64,000 bases of DNA from Macrostomum lignano (taxonomy: Eukaryota): NCBI GenBank assembly GCA_002269645.1, contig NIVC01000150.1, positions 124,001-188,000 on the forward strand. The letters run 5' to 3'. The notes below the pieces were generated by a model. The model was not told the DNA's origin, did no database searches, and saw nothing but the letters and a program-made list of their open reading frames with translations. Below are positions 13,801 to 23,868 of the stretch, piece by piece; the first letter of the stretch is position 1, and each line of letters begins with the position of its first letter. Position numbers and translations under genes: made by a program.

Positions 13801-15448
13801 CAGGAAAAGGTCTCGAGAAGACAGTGACATTGACAGTGAATGATAGTTAAATTATTAAAGGAGGAATGTGCTGGATAGCAGTTAAAGTACCTTTTCATAA
13901 TTTAAGACTGATCTTAATTAGAATGCACGATGGAATATCTCAGAATCGGTAGTGGGATCTTAAAAATTCCAGCATAATGCAACCATCATACTACTAAGAG
14001 TAGAATCAGAGAATTTGCGATGCCGAAAAATCCTTAAATTTTTTTTAAATCTCAAATTTTCTTTCCGTCTCCTGTCAGCTGTTTCACTCTCTTCTTGACT
14101 CTTCTCCAATTCTATTATTCGTCTTACGATCTATTTTAAATGTTTTAAATATAATTATATCTAAGGTACCCTTTACGTGTTATTTGTATTTTTCTTTTCT
14201 TTTAGTACCTAGTAAGTGTAAAAGTGCTTATTATTGTCATTTGTTTGTAACATATAAAAATTTTTACACCGAATGGAAACAAATAATATAAAAACTGTTT
14301 TTATTCCCTTTCTTCCTGAAAATTATTTGATGATTAGGAGATGGTATGCATTTTCAGTTAATGGTCAATAACCGGTCATTATACTGTGCAGGATGGTGCA
14401 ACTACGCTCACGAAAGCGAGCTGCGCAGCTGCGCTCCAGGGTGGGTCCGATTAAGCATAATGTCTTCATCATACTACTAAGAGTAGAATCAAGTGAATTT
14501 GTGCTGCCTAAAAATGTTACCGTACGCTCAGCGCCGGGCGCGGCGCCGACTTGGCGAGATCCATACAGTACGGCGCAATGTCGCCCCGAATTAAGCGCCG
14601 CCGTCTGCGTACGGTTAGGCGTACTAAAAATCCCCACTGGGTAGATTAGAGATTATAGCATTTGAAGATTAAGGATTAGCATTCGCAGATTGGGGATTAG
14701 CATTCGCAGATTAGGGATTAGCATTCGCAGATTAGGGATTAGCCTTTGAAGATTAGGGATTAGCATTCGCAGATTAGGGATTAGCATTCGTAGATTAGAG
14801 ATTAGAATTCGCAGATTAAGAATTAGCATTCGCAGATTAGGGATTAGCACTTGAAGATTAAGGATTAGCATTCGCAGATTAGGGATTAGCATTCGCAGAT
14901 TAGGGATTAGCATTTGAAGATTAAGGATTAGCACTTGAAGATTAGGGATTAGCACTTGAAGATTAAGAATTAGAATTCGCAGATTAAGAATTAGCATTCG
15001 CAGATTAGGGATTAGCATTTGAAGATTAAGGATTAGCACTTGAAGATTAGGGATTAGCACTTGAAGATTAAGAATTAGAATTCGCAGATTAAGAATTAGC
15101 ATTCGCAGATTAGGGATTAGCATTCGCAGATTAGGGATTAGCAATCGCAAATCAGGAATTCCCTAACGCACTTACCCAGTTGTCTTTGCCCTCAGCGTGC
15201 TTCAGCAACAGCTGCTGCAGTTTGTCGCCCATGCCGGACTGTTTAAAATCAGTCACCAGACGGGACGCCTCCGCCAACTCCTCCTCCGTGGCGATCGGCG
15301 CTAAAGTGCGCATGTACTTGTCTAAAGTGGCCTCCAGAGACGGCACCGGCAGAGGCGGCAGTCCGGCCTGGGATTGGAGGAATCGCCTGCGAAGATCCGC
15401 TTGAGCAGCTGGGCTCAAATTCAGCCCCGGACTGAGCGTTGAGGGCAT
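1860..15448 (-). CDS. CRAT: Carnitine O-acetyltransferase, 6 exons: 15448-15176, 6329-5910, 5600-5280, 4461-4132, 3533-3384, 2288-1860 (640 aa)
   Basis: Exons join in frame through GT-AG introns, all phase 0. Family motifs: LPPLPVPSLEATLDKY, NW-LTDWW, ANRFFDKTLQ, catalytic EHSPAEG, TYESGSLRRFRLGRTDTIRS, GQGIDRHLLGL, FQLSTSQV, FGPVVPDGYGVCY. C-terminus ends AKL (PTS1), as in CRAT. Confidence 0.92.
2393..3308. repeat. 23-bp minisatellite (CAGTGCCATTTGTTGAAGATCGG) at 2393-2922 and a diverged inverted array at about 3058-3308, CRAT intron 5
   Basis: The second array (AAAATGGCACTGCTGATCCTC) is the reverse complement of the first. Confidence 0.85.
3650..4035. repeat. Degenerate approximately 20-bp repeat (CTTCAGGCAACCCTTCAGTC), CRAT intron 4
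   Basis: Direct inspection. Confidence 0.85.
4569..5215. repeat. 38-bp minisatellite, CRAT intron 3
   Basis: CAGTGGAACAAAGACCTATTCAGAATCTAAAAGAATAA at 4569, 4607 and onward. Confidence 0.95.
5649..5890. repeat. 22-bp minisatellite, CRAT intron 2
   Basis: GACAGTAGCTATGCAGGTGTCT at 5649, 5671, 5693 and onward. Confidence 0.95.
7648..8253 (+). pseudogene. Probable C-terminal remnant of an EnSpm-type transposase
   Basis: Exon-like 7648-7804 and ORF 7900-8253 ending VPVTDILGACVLTDTHIALMPH, which resembles by eye the C-terminal tail of animal EnSpm transposases. The pieces do not join in frame (stop at 7867) and no catalytic core lies upstream. Confidence 0.4.
8715..9557 (+). CDS. Hypothetical 249-aa protein carried by the CACTA-like element, exons 8715-9197 and 9291-9557
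   Basis: Two ORFs join in frame through CAG/GTAAGA...TGTAG/GAA. No recognisable domain. Confidence 0.65.
9945..12275 (+). CDS. Coiled-coil plus BEN-domain protein inside the CACTA-like element, exons 9945-10917, 11020-11778 (1-bp frameshift near 11477-11481), 11930-12275
   Basis: Basic N-terminus, AVSAPPA repeats, coiled coil (LEQTFNSQLDALKERNKVL), then RSLLRCLFSDAEFTNSSISGRK...ANPAKIATAELWL...FKRSFNR/CTETARKR, which fits the BEN-domain pattern. Splicing 11779-11929 completes the last helix. Confidence 0.65.
10135..10455 (+). repeat. 21-bp coding tandem repeat (GCTGTCTCGGCGCCTCCTGCT, AVSAPPA), about 15 copies
   Basis: Directly visible and in frame within the BEN-domain gene. Confidence 0.95.
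11801..11903. other. Two adjacent hairpins inside a 151-bp intron
   Basis: GCTGCTTCTATAGCTTTATA (11801-20) pairs perfectly with TATAAAGCTATAGAAGCAGC (11854-73), with an inner TTAAAG/CTTTAA stem. Second hairpin GCACCTTA...TAAGGTGC (11879-11903). Confidence 0.9.
13195..13476. repeat. 61-bp tandem repeat, about 4.6 copies, followed by dispersed CGGAC/GTCCG motifs to about 13700
   Basis: Unit CCGCATTTCACCCGCTTTTAATCCGCCTGCTCGTCCGAATCGCCAAATGAAGCGATTTCGT starts at 13256 and 13317. Confidence 0.9.
14650..15150. repeat. 21-bp minisatellite (GATTAGGGATTAGCATTCGCA), CRAT intron 1
   Basis: Direct inspection. Confidence 0.95.
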
Positions 15449-15629
15449 GGCGGAGGTGGCGGCTGTAGTGGTGGCGACCGCTCGCCTGCGCTGATGAAGG
15501 AGCGCCGCTGATCGACAGAGCTGGACAATAGGGAGACGGGCCTGGAAACAGGTGTGATGACGCTTGAGCTGGGAGACTGGAACTGCGTGTGAGAAACTAA
15601 ATTCTACGTGACTGAATCACCTTGAGGTG

Positions 15630-17460
15630 TCTCAGATAAGCCCACAAGAGTCTCAAATCAGCTCCAGGTGTCTTAAATCAGCCCCAGATGTTTCAGGTTA
15701 GCCATAGATGCCTCAAATCAGCCCCATATGTCTCAAATCAGACCCAGGTGTCTCAAATCAGACCCATATGTCTCAAATCAGACCCAGGTGTCTCAAATCA
15801 GCCCCATATGTCTCAAATCAGACCCATATGTCTCAAATCAGACCCATATGTCTCAAATCAGCCCCATATGTCTCAAATCAGACCCATATGTCTCAAATCA
15901 GACCCATATGTCTCAAATCAGACCCATATGTCTCAAATCAGCTCCAGGTGTCTTAAATCAGACCCATATGTCTCAAATCAGCTCCAGGTGTCTTAAATCA
16001 GCCCCAGATGTTTCAGGTTAGCCATAGATGCCTCAAATCAGCCCCATGTCTCAAATCAGACCCAGGTGTCTCAAATCAGACCCATATGTCTCAAATCAGA
16101 CCCAGGTGTCTCAAATCAGCCCCATATGTCTCAAATCAGACCCATATGTCTCAAATCAGACCCATATGTCTCAAATCAGCCCCATATGTCTCAAATCAGA
16201 CCCATGTCTCAAATCAGACCCAGGTGTCTCAAATCAGCCCCATATGTCTCAAATCAGACCCAGGTGTCTCAAATCAGCCCCATATGTCTCAAATCAGACC
16301 CATATGTCTCAAATCAGCCCCATATGTCTCAAATCAGACCCAGGTGTCTCAAATCAGCCCCATATGTCTCAAATCAGCCCCATATGTCTCAAATCAGCCC
16401 CATATGTCTCAAATCAGCCCCATATGTCTCAAATCAGACCCATATGTCTCAAATCAGACCCATATGTCTCAAATCAGACCCATATGTCTCAAATCAGCCC
16501 CATATGTCTCAAATCAGCCCCATATGTCTCAAAACAGACCCATATGTCTCAAATCAGCCCCATATGTCTCAAATCAGACCCAGGTGTCTCAAATCAGACC
16601 CATATGTCTCAAATCAGACCCATATGTCTCAAATCAGACCCATATGTCTCAAATCAGCCCCATATGTCTCAAATCAGACCCATATGTCTCAAATCAGCCC
16701 CATATGTCTCAAATCAGACCCATATGTCTCAAATCAGCCCCATATGTCTCAAATCAGACCCATATGTCTCAAATCAGCCCCATATGTCTCAAATCAGACC
16801 CATATGTCTCAAATCAGCCCCATATGTCTCAAATCAGACCCATATGTCTCAAATCAGACCCATATGTCTCAAATCAGACCCATATGTCTCAAATCAGCCC
16901 ATATGTCTCAAATCAGACCCATATGTCTCAAATCAGACCCATATGTCTCAAATCAGACCCATATGTCTCAAATCAGACCCAGGTATCTCAAATCAGACCC
17001 AGGTGTCTCAAATCAGACCCAGGTATCTCTAATCAGACCCAGGTGTCTCTAACCAGCCCCATGTGTCTCAGGTTAGCCATAAGTGTTTCAAATCAGTCCC
17101 AGATGTCTCAAATCAGTCCCAGGTGTTTCAAATCAGTCCCAGGTGTCTCAAATCAGCCACAGGTGTCTCAAATCAGACCCAGGTGTCTCTAACCAGCCCT
17201 GTGTCTCACGTTAGCCATGTGTCTCAAAACAGTCCCAGGTGTTTTACAGCAGCTCCAGGTGTTTCAAATCAGTCTCCGGTGCCTCTCATTAGCCCCAGGT
17301 GTCTCAAATCAGTCCCAGGTGTCTTAAATCAGATCCAGGTGTCTCAGATAAGCCCCATGTGTCTCAACTCAGCCCAGGTGTCTCAGATTAGCCCCAGGTG
17401 TCTCAAATCAGCCCCAAGGTGTCTCAACTCAGCAACATGTGTCTCAGATTAACTTCTATA
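15630..17460. repeat. 20-bp minisatellite (TCTCAAATCAGACCCATATG), about 1.8 kb
   Basis: Direct inspection; homogeneous centre and diverged edges. Confidence 0.95.
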
Positions 17461-18059
17461 TGCCACAGATTAGTCCCCACGTGTCTGAAACCAGCCACGG
17501 CTTAGAAGTCTGGGAAAGCGGAACCAGCTCACTACAGATTAAGCGCTACTTCATGAGTAGTTAATTAAGTAATTAGGAAGCTTTGTGTTAAATAGCTTAA
17601 TTAATAAAACAATCTTGTAATAAACATGTAACAAATTAATCAAAAATATAACGTTGCCTTTTAATAACGAAAAAACAATTGAATAGTAGGCGCGCACTTA
17701 ACAATCTTTTTTTAGAAGAAAAAAACTGTTATTAACTTCTTTACGACGCACTCGTGTTAGTCTTACTTGTTTTAAATAAAATACTCAAACTAGCTACTCA
17801 CTGAGGAGGCGGGACAAACCGAGCTTGCCACTACAGCGGAGGCTTTTGCAAACCGATGAAGCAACTGGTGAAGAGCGAACGGGTGCGATTAAAGCTACAT
17901 GACAAGTACATGACCCGCAAAGTGTACACTTGAAACTTTTTAACTTTAGTGTGGGAGTTACAAGGGATGCAACTAAGAGCTAAGGTAAATTCCTACACGA
18001 GACCACTATTTATCCAAAAACAAAACAAATTCCACAAGAATCCGAGTCAAGGATTTATA

Positions 18060-19620
18060 TAAAAAGAACGACAATCCCAGTCAAGAATCCAGTTATAAAA
18101 GAAGGGGAATTCCAGTCAAGGATCTGTTTGAAAAAGAAGGGGAATTCCCGTCAAGGATCTGTTTGAAAAAGAAGGGGAATCCCACTCAAGGATCTATTTA
18201 AAAAAGGAAATCCCGGTCAAGGATCTGTTTCAAAAAAAGGGAATTCCAGTCAAGGATCTATTTAAAAAGGGGAATAGCAGTCAAGTATCTGTTTCAAAAA
18301 GAAGAGGAATCCCAGTAGAGGATCTATTTGAAAAGGGGAATCCTAATCAAGGATCTGTTTGAAAAGAAGGGGAATCCTAGTCAAGGATCTACTTAAAAAG
18401 GGAAATCCCAGTCAAGGATCTGTTATAAAAAGAAGAGAAACCCATTCAAGGAATTATATAAAAAGAACGGAAAACCCAGTCAAGAATCCAGTTAAAAAGA
18501 AGGGGAATCCCAGTCAAGCATCTATTTGAAAAGGGAAATCCCAGTCAAGGATCTGCTTCAAAAATAAGGGGAATCCCAGTCAAGTATCTGTTTCAAAAAG
18601 AAGGGGAATTCCCGTCAAGGATCTGTTTGAAAAAGAAGGGGAATCCCACTCAAGGATCTATTTAAAAAAGGAAATCCCGGTCAAGGATCTGTTTCAAAAA
18701 AAGGGAATTCCAGTCAAGGATCTATTTAAAAAGGGGAATAGCAGTCAAGTATCTGTTTCAAAAAGAAGAGGAATCCCAGTAGAGGATCTATTTGAAAAGG
18801 GGAATCCTAATCAAGGATCTGTTTGAAAAGAAGGGGAATCCTAGTCAAGGATCTACTTAAAAAGGGAAATCCCAGTCAAGGATCTGTTATAAAAAGAAGA
18901 GAAACCCATTCAAGGAATTATATAAAAAGAACGGAAAACCCAGTCAAGAATCCAGTTAAAAAGAAGGGGAATCCCAGTCAAGCATCTATTTGAAAAGGGA
19001 AATCCCAGTCAAGGATCTGCTTCAAAAATAAGGGGAATCCCAGTCAAGTATCTGTTTCAAAAAGAAGGGGAATTCCCGTCAAGGATCTGTTTGAAAAAGA
19101 AGGGGAATCCCACTCAAGGATCTATTTAAAAAAGGAAATCCCGGTCAAGGATCTGTTTCAAAAAAAGGGAATTCCAGTCAAGGATCTATTTAAAAAGGGG
19201 AATAGCAGTCAAGTATCTGTTTCAAAAAGAAGAGGAATCCCAGTAGAGGATCTATTTGAAAAGGGGAATCCTAATCAAGGATCTGTTTGAAAAGAAGGGG
19301 AATCCTAGTCAAGGATCTACTTAAAAAGGGAAATCCCAGTCAAGGATCTGTTATAAAAAGAAGAGAAACCCATTCAAGGAATTATATAAAAAGAACGGAA
19401 AACCCAGTCAAGAATCCAGTTAAAAAGAAGGGGAATCCCAGTCAAGCATCTATTTGAAAAGGGAAATCCCAGTCAAGGATCTGCTTCAAAAATAAGGGGA
19501 ATCCCAGTCAAGTATCTGTTTCAAAAAGAAGGGGAATCCCAGTCAAGGATCTATTTGAAACAAAGGGGAATCCCGGTCAAGGATCTATTTAAAAAAAGGG
19601 GAATCTCAGTCAAGGATCTA
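18060..19620. repeat. Satellite with higher-order structure: about 33-bp monomers in a 464-bp, 14-monomer unit repeated about 3 times
   Basis: The diagnostic monomer CCCACTCAAGG occurs at 18181, 18645 and 19109, with identical monomer order in each unit. Confidence 0.9.
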
Positions 19621-20234
19621 CATGTAGTTAAAGGGGATCTATCAGTATCAACAAAATGGAAATAATATCAGGTCAGAGACACGAATCGAAGTTGTCTCAA
19701 AGCGCAAACATGCGCAAATTTTATTATCACACAAAGTCTGCTAATAGATTTTCCATAAATACGCAGAAAATAGAGGCAACGTATCATAGCTCCGTTAAGC
19801 ATTGTGTTCGTTGATATAAATATATATACAGAGATAGAAAAATAGAATATAAATATGTTTATAAAAAAAGTTTAACATCTTTTCTAAAGTAGAAAATTTT
19901 GGGAAAAATAGACAAAAACTATATAAATATATGTAGACATAAGTAGTATATAAAGACAGACATACACAGAGGTGTTGCGCTGAAAAAAAACGACGCGAAA
20001 TGACTCAATGAGGCAGGCAATTATCATTCAAAATACTTTAAAATTACGTGGCTCAAGCCGAATGGACGGACTGAAGCGTGCAGCTTGCGGTGCCGACTAA
20101 AACAAAATAATTTTTTTCTGCGGCTGGTTGCTGAAAATACAGCTGACGATAAAATAGCAGGTTATAAATATAGCTTACTAATTCGATGAGCCATGAGTTC
20201 TTTGATAGTTGAGCAACAGGTGGCACGGGGTGCT

Positions 20235-20250
20235 GGACAGACAGGCAGAC

Positions 20251-20283
<33 letters not shown>

Positions 20284-20382
20284 TAGCCAGGCATACAGAC
20301 ACACACACAGACAGACAGACAGACAGACACACACACAGACAGACAGACAGACAGACAGACACACAGACAGACAGACAGACAC

Positions 20383-20437
<55 letters not shown>

Positions 20438-20480
20438 CAGACAGACACACAGACAGACAGACAGACACACAGACAGACAC

Positions 20481-20531
<51 letters not shown>

Positions 20532-20532
20532 C

Positions 20533-20587
<55 letters not shown>

Positions 20588-20608
20588 CACAGACAGACAG
20601 ACACACAC

Positions 20609-20639
<31 letters not shown>

Positions 20640-20688
20640 CACAGACATACAGACGGGCAGACAGACAGACAGACAGACATACAGACAC

Positions 20689-20723
<35 letters not shown>

Positions 20724-20724
20724 C

Positions 20725-20767
<43 letters not shown>

Positions 20768-20850
20768 CACAGACAGACAGACAGACAGACACACAGACAG
20801 ACAGACACACAGACAGACAGACAGACAGACACACAGACATACAGACGGGC

Positions 20851-20895
<45 letters not shown>

Positions 20896-20925
20896 TACAG
20901 ACAGACAGACAGACATACAGACGGG
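20235..20925. repeat. (ACAG)n microsatellite
   Basis: Direct inspection. Confidence 0.97.
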
Positions 20926-21547
20926 CATGCACGCAGATGTAAAAAGTATGCAGGAGAAGTGAACAAAAAGCGTGCAAAAAGTCTCCAATAAAAAGGACGC
21001 AAATCTGCGCAGAGAATGAAGCAGAAGCCTGTATCTACGAGCGCAATAGAAAAATCAGTTCAAAAAATCTGCAAACGACAATCTTATGCCTAGAAATAAA
21101 ATCATATTAGCACGCACACTCTTTTCCTTTGCATTATTGATAAAGAATCTTATCGAATTCTTTATCGTAGTGTTTCAGACCTTGCCTACACATTTAAACT
21201 ACTCAGTAGTAAGTAGCTTAAACGAACATTTCTAGAAAAGTTCAGAAGTTCGAGGCAAAACTACAATAACCTAAATCAGAGAAAAAATCTTCTAGGACAG
21301 ATTGGACAGAAAAAGATGGTAAAAGTTTAAAAAGTTTTTAAATCACAATATTGCACCGAACAAGGCTCTTTATATCGAGAAATTGTTTTTTTACAGCAAA
21401 TTAATAAAAAGGCAAATGAAATTAAGCATGATATGCATTGAGAGAAGTGGGAATAGAGATCAGGAAGAGAGCGGTTACAATAAAGAATTATACTAGAATT
21501 GAATACATTTTTAGCATAAATATATTCACAACTGTTTGACATTTGAT

Positions 21548-22690
21548 TCTCTCAGTGGATCATAGGGCGATTTTCTCAGTGGGTCATGTAGCGATTTTCT
21601 CAGTGGGTCATAGGGTAATTTTCTCAGTGGGTCATGTAGCGATTTTCTTAGTGGGTCATAGGGTAATTTTCTCAGTGGGTCATAGGGCGATTTTCTCAGT
21701 GGGTCATAGGGCGATTTTCTTAGTGGGTCATAGGGTGATTTTCTCAGTGGGTCATAGGGCGATTTTCTCAGTGGGTCATGTAGCGATTTTCTCAGTGGGT
21801 CATGTAGCGATTTTCTCAGTGGGTCATAGGGTAATTTTCTCAGTGGGTCATGTAGCGATTTTCTTAGTGGGTCATAGGGTAATTTTCTCAGTGGGTCATA
21901 GGGCGATTTTCTCAGTGGGTCATAGGGTAATTTTCTCAGTGGGTCATGTAGCGATTTTCTTAGTGGGTCATAGGGTAATTTTCTCAGTGGGTCATAGGGC
22001 GATTTTCTCAGTGGGTCATAGGGTAATTTTCTCAGTGGGTCATGTAGCGATTTTCTTAGTGGGTCATAGGGTAATTTTCTCAGTGGGTCATAGGGCGATT
22101 TTCTCAGTGGGTCATAGGGCGATTTTCTTAGTGGGTCATAGGGTGATTTTCTCAGTGGGTCATAGGGCGATTTTCTCAGTGGGTCATGTAGCGATTTTCT
22201 CAGTGGGTCATAGGGCGATTTTCTCAGTGGGTCATAGGGCGATTTTCACAGTGGGTCATAGGGCGATTTTCTCATTGGTTCATAGGGCGATTTTCTCATT
22301 GGTTCATAGGGCGATTTTCTCAGTGGGTCATAGGGCGATTTTCTCAGTGGGTCATAGGGCGATTTTCTTAGTGGGTCATAGGGCGATTTTCTCAGTGGGT
22401 CATAGGGCGATTTTCTCAGTGGGTCATGTAGCGATTTTCTCAGTGGGTCATACGGCGATTTTCTCAGTGGGTCATGTAGCGATTTTCTCAGTGGGTCATA
22501 GGGCGATTTTCTCAGTGGGTCATGTAGCGATTTTCTCAGTGGGTCATAGGGCGATTTTCTCAGTGGGTCATAGGGCGATTTTCACAGTGGGTCATAGGGC
22601 GATTTTCTCAGTGGGTCATAGGGCGATTTTCTCATTTGGGTCATAGGGCGATTTTCTCAGTGGGTCATAGGGCAATTTTCTCAGTGGCTC
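21548..22690. repeat. 24-bp minisatellite (TTTTCTCAGTGGGTCATAGGGCGA)
   Basis: Direct inspection. Confidence 0.96.
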
Positions 22691-22746
22691 ACTAAAATCA
22701 ACACAAAAAATGGGCACAATGCCGAAAAAACAGCTGCGCAGAGTTA

Positions 22747-23868
22747 CTAAGCGGCCAGACCTCCGGGAGGCGGCGGTCCCCGCCGGTGCCTCGGAGGCGG
22801 CGAAGTTGAAGCACTTCGAAGCGGCCTGGCGTAGCCGCCGGCTCCGCTATTCGATGGCTTCATCGAGGACGCAGCGGCAGGCGGAGGCTGCGGCAGCGGC
22901 GGCGGCGGCGGCGGCGAGAACAGGTGCCTGCCAACCGGTTTCATCGGCAGGCCGCGCCTCTCAGCTTTGAAGCGTTCCCGTTCGCGGGCATTTTTTGCCG
23001 CCTCGCGTAGGCGTCTGCGTGCCGAATCGCGCGGCAAATTGATTGCAGCTGAAGCTGATGATGAAGAGCACGGAGAATTAGCTATGGAGGAATTCTGGCT
23101 GCTCACTACTAATACGCTGGTGCCCGAGGAGAGCCGGTCGCGCAGTAGAAACAATGGCTGCTCCTGCAAAATTGGATTTGGGTGGAAATTTAAACATTTT
23201 TTATTCCGCAGAACGACAGAGCGGCCCATACATGCGCAACTGCTGGCCGACCAGGGGTAAATTGCAAAAATAACCACCCGACACAATATACGTAGTACTA
23301 ATTAGATGACGAGACATTTAGCCTCTATAAGACAGTCATAGCTACTCCTGCCGTTTACCCAAAATTGCGGGTTTCTTTCACAGCATTTTTGGTAAAAAAA
23401 GAAAGCCGCATGGCCAGTGTAAATCAGGGGGGTTGCGCATGATGGAGCGGCGGCGCCTATCCGGCCCAGGCTCGATTCAAAGTGCAGTCACATTAATTTG
23501 GGGTTAAATTGGAATCTCGGCTTGGCTCTGCACGTGCAACTAACCAACCCTCGAAACACAGTGAAGTGTACATGCCTTAACGATAAATAAAGTTAGGGCC
23601 GCTGTACCCTCCTGTGTGAGTGTGTGCCTGTGCGTATGGAAATTAATCCCTATAACAAGCTTACTTGAACCCGAACTTGTTGCTGAGCCTGCTGAGGTTG
23701 AACTGACAGCAGAGGCGAACTGGCTCTTCTACGGCGCGCAGAAGTGGAATCATCAATAATTAGCAATGTTGCAGTTGTAGTGGTTGACACCGATGTTGAT
23801 GCTGGCATTGATACAGTTGCTTTGGAGCCAACTGGCAGATTTGACAGAGCCTGGCTGCCAGCCGCCAT
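22747..23868 (-). CDS. Hypothetical Ser/Pro-rich protein, exons 23868-23665 and 23163-22747 (206 aa; may lack upstream exons)
   Basis: GC-rich exons join in frame via CAA/GTAAGC...TTTTGCAG/GAG. Contains a basic segment RRRLREAAKNARERERFK. Confidence 0.55.
23427..23637 (+). mobile_element. tRNA-derived SINE, 3'-truncated copy
   Basis: Aligns with the full copy at 38381-38741 (CCCAGGCTCGATTC..AAGTGCAGTCACATTAATTTGGGG...GTTAGGGCCGCTGTAC). Confidence 0.8.

Larger units (their letters stand above)
6376..14641 (+). mobile_element. CMC/EnSpm (CACTA-like) DNA transposon, 8266 bp, probably non-autonomous, in CRAT intron 1
   Basis: Perfect 11-bp TIR CCCAGTGGGGA (6376-6386) / TCCCCACTGGG (14631-14641), matching the CMCWR terminus. 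TA directly outside both ends (6374-75, 14642-43). Shared subterminal TAGTACGCCTAA motif in inverted orientation. Both flanks resemble the same intronic GATTAGGGATTAG-type repeat. Confidence 0.8.

Noticed and set aside
14650-15150. TTAGGG-containing array as an interstitial telomere
   Set aside because: TTAGGG is only part of a 21-bp unit, not a tandem hexamer.
15688-17452. Long ORFs of 300-390 aa (SQIRPICLK...)
   Set aside because: They are translations of a 20-bp minisatellite that is open in several frames; no coding signature.
20053-20235. Possible small minus-strand exons ([18 protein letters not shown])
   Set aside because: Splice-like signals exist but could not be linked to any gene.
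20053-21002. ORFs rich in VCLS or TDRQ
   Set aside because: Products of the (ACAG)n microsatellite; the same applies at 53387-54560 and 56833-57291.
21543-22646. 367-aa ORF (FSVGHRAI repeats)
   Set aside because: A 24-bp stop-free repeat; the same applies to ORFs at 36222-37026 and 39359-40866.
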